The notes beneath the pieces are model-generated. The model was given only the letters and a program-made list of their open reading frames with translations, was not told the DNA's origin and made no database searches. DNA of 64,000 nt, taken from positions 3,717 to 67,716 of the IMG/VR virus record IMGVR_UViG_3300032232_000840; one strand, 5' to 3'. Source of the DNA: a virus. Lineage: Duplodnaviria; Caudoviricetes. Below, in pieces: positions 46,974-56,090 of this stretch (positions within the stretch are counted from its first letter, which is position 1; the number at the start of each line of letters is the position of its first letter). The position numbers and the translations under genes are program-made.

Positions 46974-47046
46974 TTGCGTAATAAATAAATTGTTTTCCGA
47001 CAGGGGTGGAAAACTAGAGGGATCGAACCTCTAGCTTCCCGGTTAA

Positions 47047-47505
47047 TTACTTCTTAGCGAAGGGGTTGCCCTTCTTTTTCTTGTCTTCCTTATCCTTGTC
47101 GGACTTGTAGGACTTCTTTTCGACAGCGTCTAGGAAGTCTGCGGGCTCTTCGCCCTCTGGCTCCTCTTCACTGACCTCTTCGGAAACTGGCTCTTCGGGC
47201 TCGTCTTCGGTGACCTCTTCTTCAGGGATCTCCATCAACGCTTCCTCCTCGCCGCCTTCCTCAGGCTCGTGCTCGTCATCGACAGGGGTGCCGTCGAGTT
47301 CGTGCAGGACAAGTTTCCCATTCTCAAACTTCACGGTCGCCATTGCGTCAAACGGTTCCCCGTCTTTGACGCCATCGGGCACCTTGAAACCTGAGGGTTT
47401 GATGAAACTGATTTTTCCACTCTTCGTGGAACTGGCTTCGTCTTCGACAAGAGGCTCTTCAGCCTTCTTATCTCCGCCGCCCAGGAATGCTTCCATTGGA
47501 TTCAT
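47047..47505 (-). CDS. Acidic protein downstream of the capsid gene
   Basis: Glu-rich with a basic C-terminal tail. Confidence 0.75.
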   Translation of the reverse strand: MNPMEAFLGGGDKKAEEPLVEDEASSTKSGKISFIKPSGFKVPDGVKDGEPFDAMATVKFENGKLVLHELDGTPVDDEHEPEEGGEEEALMEIPEEEVTEDEPEEPVSEEVSEEEPEGEEPADFLDAVEKKSYKSDKDKEDKKKKGNPFAKK

Positions 47506-47572
47506 GCGCTTGGGATTGAGTTCCAGAGAGGTGCTCCGCTTTGTGGGCGAAGCACCTGCTCTGGAGGTTCAA

Positions 47573-48775
47573 TTAGGCGTTGATGACCGTGTCGAGAACG
47601 AGGGGCGTCGAGGACCGCTTGTGGCGGATGACGTAGCCCCACTCAGGACGGATCGGCTTGGAACCGCTGGAGAGGATCGCACGGAAGTATCCGATGGTCC
47701 CATCTGGGTTGGTGTCTGGGGTGATGATGTTCTTCCACTTGAAGTCGCCCATGTAAGAGACTGCGTCGAAGGTAACATTGCTTCCAGCAGCCGTGATGGG
47801 CTTAGGAACGAGGTTGCAGAACACATCCTGGTGGAAGATGATGGTGTCCTCGAACTCAGCGGTCTCGTAGGCAGGATTGATGTCCTGCTTGAGTCCCTGA
47901 GTCGTAGCGACCGCCTTGTAGGGCAGAACGCGGACCCATGCACCATTGACGAGGTCGTAACGTGGACCCCAATCATCGACCATGTGGAAGAATCCGGAGT
48001 AGCTGCGCTCGATACCGAGAGGAGCGAGGAGCTCATTCTTGGAATCGGAGTAGCGGTAATCCATACGGATGTTCTCACTAGCCATGATGAGGTTGCGGGA
48101 AGCCTCCGAGGAGAGGATCGCACCGAAGACGGGGCGAGCGTTCTCACGATCGAGAGGGTTGTTGCCTGCACCATCACGGATGAGCTTCATATAGACCCGA
48201 TCCAGGATGCCCTGAGTCAGAGTGCTGGTAGGCTCGGTGGTCGAGAAGGCCGATCCATCGCCAGAGGTAGCAACGAGCTGTCCGCTTGGAGCGAGAACTG
48301 CGTTGATCTTGTTCTGGGCGAGGCGGACGTACTCATCGCGGAAACGATCCTGCCAAGCATAGGAGGTGTTCTCCTGGAGGATGGCGAAGATGTTGGAGAG
48401 CTGCTCTTTACGCTTGAGGGAGAAGCGCAGGTCATTGACGCTGAGCTTAGGGCTCTCAAGAGCGGTGTGAGTCAGGTTGTAGCTACGCAGGGTCTGCGCG
48501 AACTCGATGACCTGAGCACTTGGGACGGCGTTGTTACCACCACCGACGAGGCCAGTACCGGAAACGGGGTCAAGGGAGACCTGGTTCCAAGAAAGGCTGT
48601 TGGCGGGAAGAGAACGCTCGTAGGTGAGGACCTTGATGGAGTCGCCCATTTCGTCGGGCCAAGTGTCCTTCTTGATGAGTTTGAGCCAAGGGCTCGTGTT
48701 GAGGGTCTTGCGGTAGATGTCAGGACCAATACGGTTGGCCTCGTTAATGAGGACCTGTTCGATGTCGTAAGCCAT
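47573..48775 (-). CDS. Major capsid protein
   Basis: 400 aa, strongest codon bias in the window, located after portal and scaffold. Confidence 0.85.
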   Translation of the reverse strand: MAYDIEQVLINEANRIGPDIYRKTLNTSPWLKLIKKDTWPDEMGDSIKVLTYERSLPANSLSWNQVSLDPVSGTGLVGGGNNAVPSAQVIEFAQTLRSYNLTHTALESPKLSVNDLRFSLKRKEQLSNIFAILQENTSYAWQDRFRDEYVRLAQNKINAVLAPSGQLVATSGDGSAFSTTEPTSTLTQGILDRVYMKLIRDGAGNNPLDRENARPVFGAILSSEASRNLIMASENIRMDYRYSDSKNELLAPLGIERSYSGFFHMVDDWGPRYDLVNGAWVRVLPYKAVATTQGLKQDINPAYETAEFEDTIIFHQDVFCNLVPKPITAAGSNVTFDAVSYMGDFKWKNIITPDTNPDGTIGYFRAILSSGSKPIRPEWGYVIRHKRSSTPLVLDTVINA

Positions 48776-49032
48776 ATAATTAAAATGGTTGGGTGGGGTT
48801 TAACCGATCTATCCACCGGATATTTCCAGTGCTTAAACAGACCGATCGTGGTTTTTCCCTCACCGGAGCCAGGGGAGAGCCAGAGTTACCTCCGGATTTT
48901 AAGCTCTTAAAAATATGTACTAACGAAGTCTGATTAAGGCTCAGACCGCCTTGTTCCAAGTAGAGGTGACTGGGGCACGAGAGAGGTATCTTATACAACG
49001 CACATTCTGTCAACTATATTTCTCCAAAATAT

Positions 49033-49095
49033 ATTCCCCAGCTCGCAGTTTAGATCAAACAACCGATTGGTTAGTGTTGCAGCGAGCCGGGGAAT
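49033..49095 (-). terminator. 14-bp stem hairpin between scaffold and capsid genes
   Basis: Minus-strand ATTCCCCGGCTCGC pairs with GCGAGCTGGGGAAT (one G-U); 35-nt loop. Confidence 0.45.
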
Positions 49096-49105
49096 AACAG
49101 GGGAA

Positions 49106-50329
49106 TTAACCTAGTTGGGCGTCCAGAGCTTCCAAGAAGCCGACATCCTCGGAGACCGAGCGGCTCATGTCTGCGCTGCCCGATCCGGCTTTAGGAGATC
49201 CGTTCCGGTAGCCGACAATCTTCTTGTTGGCGGCGTCCAGTTCAGACTTGGCCTCCTTCAGGGCCTTCAGGATGTGTGGCAGCAGAGCTCCCGAGTGAGC
49301 TAGATAGGCTTTGAGCTCGGGGTTGGCATTGCTGTAGTCGCCCTTCGCCAGACGCTGAACATCTGCTGCAATCTCCTCGTCAGAGAGAACGGGGACAGAC
49401 TTTTTCAAATCCTCGAACACCTTGTCGGTAGCCTTCTCGTAAGCCTCTTTGGCCTCGGTGCTTGCCTTCTCTGACTCGGCTGTTTGCTTGGCGATCTCGG
49501 CCTGCCTGCTCTCCTCGATCTGGCTCATGCGCTCACGGGCAGAGTTCTGGAACATATCGCGACGGCGGATGATCTCGGAGTAATCGTCTGCGGAAGCGTA
49601 GAACTTCAACCTATCACGCTCATTCATCGAGGCGGCGATGTCTGCGATCAAGTCACTCTGCTTGGCTGGGTCAGACTCAGCCATCGCAGTTAGCATCTCC
49701 TTGCTGGAGAGCTCGTATTTCTCCGCCAACTGGTTGAGGTAGCCGACCACGTTCACCATTGGAGTGACCACATTGGCCTTGTACTCTTGGGTAGCCTCGA
49801 CACGGGCGACGGCAAGCTCGGACTCGTACTCCTGGTTGATCTGCTTGAGGCGTTCGACCTCAGAGGTATCGACCACGGCTGTCTTGGCCTTCTCCAGATC
49901 GGCTTTAAGGGTCTCGATCTCCTTGGCGTACTCCTTGGCCTTTTGAGCCTCGGCGCGGAGCTCACCCCATTTGACCTTTGCCTTATCGGTCAAGTTAGAG
50001 GGAGCCTCTTCAGCCTTAGGCTCTTCCTCAGTCTCATCTTTCTCCTCTTCCTTTTCAGGTTCTTCAGGAGTCTCTTCCTTTTCAGGAGTAGGCTCTTCCT
50101 TCACCTTAGCTTTCGCCCCCTTGGCCTTCTTCTCGGCCTTAGGCTTTTCTACTTCAGGCTCCTTTTCAGCATAGGGGTCCTTCCCTTCCGAGGCTGCGTC
50201 GAGGAGTGAGTCGAGGCGAGTGCCCCAATCGAAACCGGAATCCTTTTCAAAGGAGCTGGAGGATTGTTGCGTGGTTGAAGATACCTCTGGGGTAGAGGCT
50301 GCGGTTTCGATTGGTGCTGTTGGGTCCAT
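49106..50329 (-). CDS. Capsid scaffolding protein
   Basis: Acidic disordered N-terminus, long coiled coil, located between portal and capsid genes. Confidence 0.75.
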   Translation of the reverse strand: MDPTAPIETAASTPEVSSTTQQSSSSFEKDSGFDWGTRLDSLLDAASEGKDPYAEKEPEVEKPKAEKKAKGAKAKVKEEPTPEKEETPEEPEKEEEKDETEEEPKAEEAPSNLTDKAKVKWGELRAEAQKAKEYAKEIETLKADLEKAKTAVVDTSEVERLKQINQEYESELAVARVEATQEYKANVVTPMVNVVGYLNQLAEKYELSSKEMLTAMAESDPAKQSDLIADIAASMNERDRLKFYASADDYSEIIRRRDMFQNSARERMSQIEESRQAEIAKQTAESEKASTEAKEAYEKATDKVFEDLKKSVPVLSDEEIAADVQRLAKGDYSNANPELKAYLAHSGALLPHILKALKEAKSELDAANKKIVGYRNGSPKAGSGSADMSRSVSEDVGFLEALDAQLG

Positions 50330-50344
50330 TGGGGTTGGGTTGGT

Positions 50345-50632
50345 TTATTCTTTCTCAGCCACGTGTCCCCACGGGGCTAGAGCTTCTTTAACTACTTCGG
50401 GCTTCTGGACGGCGAGCGTCCGGAGATTACGCAAAAAATCGAAGTACCCCTCACGCTTGGCGTTGAGCAGAGCGTGATTCTCCATGAGATTCGGGGAATC
50501 GGGTCGCAGGGTAGTTTTGGGTAGTTGCTCCTCGGTTAGTACCGAAAGAGCTGCTTGGAAAACATCGCTGCCAATAACTAGGGCAAGCTGTTCAATCAGG
50601 TCCGGTCTTTTGGACCAGTCTTTGTAAGTCAT
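50345..50632 (-). CDS. Small protein between portal and scaffold
   Basis: 95 aa; syntenic position typical of podoviruses. Confidence 0.65.
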   Translation of the reverse strand: MTYKDWSKRPDLIEQLALVIGSDVFQAALSVLTEEQLPKTTLRPDSPNLMENHALLNAKREGYFDFLRNLRTLAVQKPEVVKEALAPWGHVAEKE

Positions 50633-50635
50633 GCT

Positions 50636-52870
50636 TTAGGCGATTTGTGCAGCAGACGCTGCACGGATTTTTTGCGCGGTCTCGGCATCGCGGAGAGCGA
50701 GCTTCTGCTTCGCTTCTGCGGCTTCGAGAGCCAGTTTTTGTTGGTGACGCTCCGCCTCCATCTGCAACTCTTGCTGACGGGCTTGGAGCTTTGATTGATC
50801 TTCTGAGGCAACTCCTGGCTGCTGGGCTTGCTCTGCTGCCTGAGCCTGCTGAGCTTGAACTTTTTCGGCGGTCTGCTCTGCAATCTCCCCAGCCTGCTGG
50901 AGTGCTTTCTTGAGCTGTCCATACTCCTGCTTGCGCGAGGCGTCCTGAGCGAGCTGCTCCAAGTGAGCTGTAGCGTGAGGCATGGCTGCTTGGAAATAAG
51001 CCGCAGCCTGCTGCGGGTCCATCTGCTGCTGCTGCACTGCCTGAGCCACTTGCTGGATGTCCGGAATATGGACCGAAGCATGGACGAAGTGATTCTCGTT
51101 CGGGGCAATCTGCATCTGCTTGCCCTGCGACATGGCTGCATTCTCCAGTTCGGCGATCTTTTGATCGATGACCGGACGTGCGTCTGGCTTGGCGGGAACG
51201 TAGCGATCGACATGGTCGTAGCCGACGCGAGCAGCAACGCGATCGCGCAGAAGGTTCTGTTTACCCTGCTCGTCGAAGCTGCCGATCATCTGCATGAATT
51301 CATCCATCGCGACCAAGCGGAGCTGATCCGATCCGGCTCCGATGGAGCGGACGGCGTTGACCTCTTCAACCTTATTGTGAAGAACATCGAGGGGCACTCC
51401 GCGAGAGGTGCAGTATTTCTTGAAAGCGGCGACGGCTTCGCCACCGCGCTCTGCGGCAAGGTAATCCTCACGAGTTGCACGCTTGAAGGCTGCACGGATC
51501 AGGCGATTCCAAGGCTCATAGAACAAGTTCATGGCTCCGGTAGTGAGCCTTGCGTCACCTTGGAGTTGAGCCTGAACCTCAAATTTGGTGCGCTCTTTCG
51601 GATTTGGGTTACCCGCAGTGGACTGGTAGGAACCAGCGCGGTTCTGCAACTGCTGTTGCATATCCTGAAGAACCGGAACCGCATTTTGTCCGATGTTTGG
51701 GAGCTGCTTGTCGATGACGTTGACCCCGGCGTTCAGCACGCTGAAAGGTCCGAGATACTCGAACGCCAGATCCTCAAGAGACTCCTGGCTGTCCGGCTGG
51801 ATGAGCAGGGAGGTCGAAAGCATCGCGCCATCGACGAACTGGCATCTCATGCGATTGGAAACCTGGATGTGCGGGAAGATCTTATATCCGAGTCCTCGGA
51901 TTGCTTGGTAGAAGCCGTTGGTTCCAACCCCGTAGGTGAACGTCACGAACGCATCGCAGGCTTTGCGGAAGCGGTTCCGCTTGGCGTAGAGGAATTCTTT
52001 ATTGCTGCCGTCGGCTAGAGAAATGTAGTGGGAGATCGTTCCGTCGAACTCCTTGACCCAGGCATGGATCACTCGGACTTCCGATCCGGAGCCATGAGCC
52101 ACGAAGAGATCGTTGTTCTTGAGATCCTCAGCGTAGCGTTCCCAGTCGGTGATGTGGTAGGTGTTCTGAGCCCCGGTGTTGGCGAGGATGGCTTTCTTGA
52201 CCTCGTCCACGTCCCAACCGAGTTCGGCTGCACGCTCCTCGTCTTTGATGAAGCTGTAAAGCTCGTGGCCTCGCATGATGCGGGGGGAGACTGCGATCTC
52301 GACCATCTCCTCCGAAGCAAATGTTCTACGTGGAAGCAAGAAGTCTCCGATCTTGGAGATCTGCCAACGCCAATCGTATTCGTCCTCGAAATAGGCTACC
52401 GATACGCCGTGCTTGATGAAGAAGGTGCTGTTGAGAACGTGCTTGAAGGAAAACTCATCCCACTCGCGCAACATCTTTGTAAATCCTTCGGAGATGATTT
52501 GTTCGTAGTCAGACTTCTTCTGAGCGTCGGACTCCTTGACGGAAATACTGACCAGTTTTTCCACCGAGTTGATGAGATCGACATATCCGGCAAGAGCTGA
52601 CTCTAGGAGGGTCTCGGCCTCGCCGAAGTTCAGGTTACACCGTTGGCCCATTCCGGCCTGACGGAGCACGTGATCGTCGTAAGGAGCTGCCCCGTCGAAC
52701 ATTGCGTCCACCTCGGCTCGGTTACGAGCGTTGATGTCATCGGATTGTTTCAGACGGAGATAGACCGCATGGAGAGAGTCCGGGTCTTTGATACGGCTAG
52801 GCGGAGTGGAGCCGTCGGCGTTAAGATTGCCGACCAACGGGTCATTGACCGAAGGTGAAAGAGTCTCCAT
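50636..52870 (-). CDS. Portal protein
   Basis: 744 aa with a Gln-rich C-terminal barrel-like coil; ERTKFEV; between terL and scaffold. Confidence 0.85.
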   Translation of the reverse strand: METLSPSVNDPLVGNLNADGSTPPSRIKDPDSLHAVYLRLKQSDDINARNRAEVDAMFDGAAPYDDHVLRQAGMGQRCNLNFGEAETLLESALAGYVDLINSVEKLVSISVKESDAQKKSDYEQIISEGFTKMLREWDEFSFKHVLNSTFFIKHGVSVAYFEDEYDWRWQISKIGDFLLPRRTFASEEMVEIAVSPRIMRGHELYSFIKDEERAAELGWDVDEVKKAILANTGAQNTYHITDWERYAEDLKNNDLFVAHGSGSEVRVIHAWVKEFDGTISHYISLADGSNKEFLYAKRNRFRKACDAFVTFTYGVGTNGFYQAIRGLGYKIFPHIQVSNRMRCQFVDGAMLSTSLLIQPDSQESLEDLAFEYLGPFSVLNAGVNVIDKQLPNIGQNAVPVLQDMQQQLQNRAGSYQSTAGNPNPKERTKFEVQAQLQGDARLTTGAMNLFYEPWNRLIRAAFKRATREDYLAAERGGEAVAAFKKYCTSRGVPLDVLHNKVEEVNAVRSIGAGSDQLRLVAMDEFMQMIGSFDEQGKQNLLRDRVAARVGYDHVDRYVPAKPDARPVIDQKIAELENAAMSQGKQMQIAPNENHFVHASVHIPDIQQVAQAVQQQQMDPQQAAAYFQAAMPHATAHLEQLAQDASRKQEYGQLKKALQQAGEIAEQTAEKVQAQQAQAAEQAQQPGVASEDQSKLQARQQELQMEAERHQQKLALEAAEAKQKLALRDAETAQKIRAASAAQIA

Positions 52871-52915
52871 GAATTAAAACAAAAAGGGGTAAGTGCGCTG
52901 TACGCAACAACTAAA

Positions 52916-52947
52916 TGCGTTGTATATGATACCTTGTCAAGAGGAAA
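52916..52947. repeat. 32-bp direct repeat, copy 1 (contains the operator motif and a minus-strand TTGACA)
   Basis: TGCGTTGTATATGATACCTTGTCAAGAGGAAA, identical to 56059-56090. Confidence 0.95.
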
Positions 52948-55122
52948 TTAGGTAAGGACTGTTGTAAGTTGCTCACCAGTTGTGGCTACCGTGGAGGAGT
53001 TCTTGAGCCTTTCACCGATGCTACCCGATACGGACAGAGAGGAAGTAGCCTCACTCCATACCGCCGTAGCGGTGGCTGAAGGGTCCCCAGCGGAAGAAAT
53101 GTTAGCGTCCAGGTGAGCTAATTCCACGGCGAGGTTAGTCCGGACTGCGGAGGCTATCGTTGAGGCCGAGGGAATATCTCCTGTGGCTGCCGGGGCTGCG
53201 GGTAAGTTATCAGTCTTCGCTTTAATGGCCGCGATGTCCACATTGTCTGGGGCTGTATAGGCTGAAGCCGCAAGCCGTGAAGAAACAGCGGCGTCGAGGT
53301 TTGCGTCAGTCTTCGCTTTGATCGCTGTGATGTCTGCGTTATCTGGAGCCGTGTAAGCTGAAGCGGCGAGGCGACTGGAGACCGTAGCGTCGAGGTTTGC
53401 GTCAGTATTTGCTTTGATAGCCGCAATGTCTGAGTTTGCTGGCGCAGTGTATCCAGAGGTTGCTAGGCGACTTGATGTAGCAACGTCGATCCTACCAAGC
53501 TCCGTTGTAAGATTCGTCCTAACAGCCGAAGCATTTGTCGCTGCGGTTGGAATGTCAGAGACGGCTGCTGGGGAGGAAGGCAGGTTATCAGTCTTGGCCT
53601 TAATAGCAGTAATAGATGTATTGTCTGGGGCTGTATATCCAGAGGTTGCTAGACGAGAAGAAATCGCAGCATCAAGATTTGCATCTGTATTCGCTTTGAT
53701 GGCTGAAATATCCGAATTTGCTGGAGCCGTGTAAGCTGAAGACCCAAGCCGTGAAGAGATAGTAGCATCTAGGTTGTCGAGGTTTGCCGCACGAGTGGTC
53801 GTGAGTCCCTGCGAAGTGAGTGCTTCCTGTACATTTGCTGCGGTGAGGACTGCTGTTCCAGTTGTTGCGTCTACTGGCACTCCAAGGGCAACACTTCCAG
53901 CGGCTGGGACGGCAAGCGTTCCTGTCAAGTTACCTGCAGCATAAGATACGCCTGTCCTGACATCAGTGGACGCAGGATTTCCAAACACACCAAAGTCTGG
54001 CCCATACAAAGTATAGAAAGTGCTTGAGCCATTCAAAGCTCGTCGATGTTGCATCAACGCTGGGACAACACTTAAATATTGTCGCTGGCTATGGACAGCC
54101 ACTACACCAGTTGGGCCATCAAATAATGAACCGCTAATAGTTACACCTGTAACTGTGCTAAGAACAGCGTGATTGTTTCCAGCAGTAAAGGTGCATCCTG
54201 TGCAAGTAGTCACTCCAGATGCTTGATTGGCAACGGCAGGGCCAGCAATCCCTATTAGGGTGCTGTTAGTTATTGTGAGGGTTCCGTTACCCATGTTGCC
54301 GACTCCGTAACTTGAAGTACCAGAACTATAACCTCCATTTATTGTGCTAGTGGTTATGGATACCAGCCCAAGTCCAGTAACGTAGATTGCGGTTCCTGAT
54401 TGGTTGGTGGTTCCTCCAGAAATAACGCTACCCGACACAAGTATCGATCCAGTAGTATTTGAAAAAATTGCATAGCTTACATTGGTGCTGTACCCACCAT
54501 TGATGGTGCAAGAATTTGCCGATATTGTTCCAGTGCTAGAATTAATTAGGCATGGCCCTCCGTTTGAACCTTGCACAACGCATCCAGTAAGGGTGAGCGT
54601 CCCTGTACTTCCCCATACGAGGACATAAGAGGTTTGGGTTGTTCCAGCAATTAGCTGCAACCCAGAAAGAGAAATATTTATAGCTCCAGATGCTGTCAGA
54701 CAATTAGTAGTCGAACCACGCATATCGGTAGTTATCACCCTGCTTGTAGAGAGTATAAATCCACCTCCTGCTGTTGCGCCAGCTCCAGTATTATTCAGCG
54801 TAGTAATTGTAGCATGAGTGATTGCTGTTCCAGTTCCAGTTCCAACTCCAGAGGCTAGAAAGATGGTTCCAATAGTGTTTGAAGAAGCTCCAATCGTGGT
54901 AAAATTCGTAGTTCCAACAAAAGTGATTTCATACCACTGACCAATTACAAAACTTCCAGCATTTACGGAAACATTGTTTGAGCCACCTATTGTGATGTCT
55001 TGATCAATAGTCACATTGAATCCGTTGGCATAAACAGTCGCCCCATTGGTTGGCACAACACCCCCATTCCAAGTGGAAGTTGAAGACCAGTTTCCGTTAG
55101 CTATGGCACGAAATGTAGCCAT
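52948..55122 (-). CDS. Beta-helix fibre/adhesin-like protein with C-terminal ~28-aa repeats
   Basis: N-terminal GNWSSTSTWNGG, Gly/Ser/Thr beta-helix repeats, and AIKA.TDANLDA.ISSRLA...YTAP repeats. Confidence 0.7.
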   Translation of the reverse strand: MATFRAIANGNWSSTSTWNGGVVPTNGATVYANGFNVTIDQDITIGGSNNVSVNAGSFVIGQWYEITFVGTTNFTTIGASSNTIGTIFLASGVGTGTGTAITHATITTLNNTGAGATAGGGFILSTSRVITTDMRGSTTNCLTASGAINISLSGLQLIAGTTQTSYVLVWGSTGTLTLTGCVVQGSNGGPCLINSSTGTISANSCTINGGYSTNVSYAIFSNTTGSILVSGSVISGGTTNQSGTAIYVTGLGLVSITTSTINGGYSSGTSSYGVGNMGNGTLTITNSTLIGIAGPAVANQASGVTTCTGCTFTAGNNHAVLSTVTGVTISGSLFDGPTGVVAVHSQRQYLSVVPALMQHRRALNGSSTFYTLYGPDFGVFGNPASTDVRTGVSYAAGNLTGTLAVPAAGSVALGVPVDATTGTAVLTAANVQEALTSQGLTTTRAANLDNLDATISSRLGSSAYTAPANSDISAIKANTDANLDAAISSRLATSGYTAPDNTSITAIKAKTDNLPSSPAAVSDIPTAATNASAVRTNLTTELGRIDVATSSRLATSGYTAPANSDIAAIKANTDANLDATVSSRLAASAYTAPDNADITAIKAKTDANLDAAVSSRLAASAYTAPDNVDIAAIKAKTDNLPAAPAATGDIPSASTIASAVRTNLAVELAHLDANISSAGDPSATATAVWSEATSSLSVSGSIGERLKNSSTVATTGEQLTTVLT

Positions 55123-55125
55123 TAT

Positions 55126-55356
55126 TTAGATTCCTTTTTCTTCTCGGTATGCGCCGATTGCCTCGTTGATTGAGGCGATGAACTTCAAGTCGATTGCATT
55201 TCCAGATAGAGAAGAAGTGTTAATGTTTTTTGACTCTCCAGAGCCGTCAATGACTGAAATACTGAAAGCGATAGAGGAAGAGCCGTCAGGCTGTAGGCTA
55301 TAGGCTAGTGAGATTTGTTCGTTCATGAGTAGGTTACGGTTGTGCGGTTTGTCCAA
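55126..55356 (-). CDS. Hypothetical small protein
   Basis: Flush with the fibre gene start. Confidence 0.5.
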   Translation of the reverse strand: MDKPHNRNLLMNEQISLAYSLQPDGSSSIAFSISVIDGSGESKNINTSSLSGNAIDLKFIASINEAIGAYREEKGI

Positions 55357-55736
55357 GCCACTGCATTAGCAGTAGCTTTTTCCGATAGGCTTCCATCGGA
55401 GTTAAAAGTGAGTCGGTAAATGAGCCATGCCGCTGCGCTTTCCAATGTAGAAAGAGGTGCCTTTCCTAGATAATTTACATTTCCCAGAAAATCAGATCGG
55501 TGCTGGTAGACTGGGGCGTCAGCCCCAGCCGCCCCGTCGTCTCCTTTTGGGCCTGGAGGACCTAAATGAAGAGTGGCGGGGACAATAGTTGGCTCTAAAA
55601 CGGAGTGAACCTGAGGGAAATCCCCCAAAGCCACGCCGATCTGAAAAGGTCCGGAGACGGTAGCCGATAGCTGAGCATCGACGACCGCAAGCTCAGTTGC
55701 TAAAGGGGAAACCGTTGCTTTGAGATCCTGGCTCAC
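55323..55736 (-). CDS. Small fibre-associated protein with a short collagen-like segment
   Basis: GPPGPKGDDGAAGAD; C-terminal YLGKA....WLIYRL..W..R module. Confidence 0.7.
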   Translation of the reverse strand: MSQDLKATVSPLATELAVVDAQLSATVSGPFQIGVALGDFPQVHSVLEPTIVPATLHLGPPGPKGDDGAAGADAPVYQHRSDFLGNVNYLGKAPLSTLESAAAWLIYRLTFNSDGSLSEKATANAVAWTNRTTVTYS

Positions 55737-56041
55737 GGTTTGACGTGAACCACCGAGTCAACCATTCGGGTTGTCCACCCATCAGGTTGAACCAAGGTGG
55801 CCTTATGGTAGTAGTCCTGGGTGCTCAGACCCTCAGTCTGACTGGGGGTAAGGTAAACCTTGAGCTGTCCAGAACCGAGGTCATTAACGGAAAAAGTGAG
55901 TAGCGTCTTCCCGCCAGCACGATCCAACAGCTCTCCGGTGAGAGTGCTGCCAGTGTAGTCAAAGGGGGCACCGGAGTTCGTCAGAGTGAGGATATACCCC
56001 CAGCTACTACCTTTAATAATGTTGGGAAGAGGGGAAGACAT
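55733..56041 (-). CDS. BppU-N-like Ig-fold virion accessory protein
   Basis: From Met 56041: IIKGSSW..LTL.N.G.P.D.TG.T...G.L.VYLTPSQT..L. Confidence 0.65.
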   Translation of the reverse strand: MSSPLPNIIKGSSWGYILTLTNSGAPFDYTGSTLTGELLDRAGGKTLLTFSVNDLGSGQLKVYLTPSQTEGLSTQDYYHKATLVQPDGWTTRMVDSVVHVKP

Positions 56042-56058
56042 GAGTAGTGGGTAATAAG

Positions 56059-56090
56059 TGCGTTGTATATGATACCTTGTCAAGAGGAAA
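56059..56090. repeat. 32-bp direct repeat, copy 2
   Basis: Identical to 52916-52947; overlaps the terL stop codon. Confidence 0.95.

Noticed and set aside
47005-47040. Minus-strand hairpin with a TTCGATC loop resembling a tRNA T-arm
   Set aside because: The stem simply extends (CTAGAGG/CCTCTAG) with no D-arm or anticodon arm, and it follows a stop codon, so it is more likely a terminator.
47210-48910. 566-aa + strand ORF
   Set aside because: Antisense shadow of the strongly biased capsid gene; no recognisable motifs. The same applies to 13178-14095 and 50828-52018.
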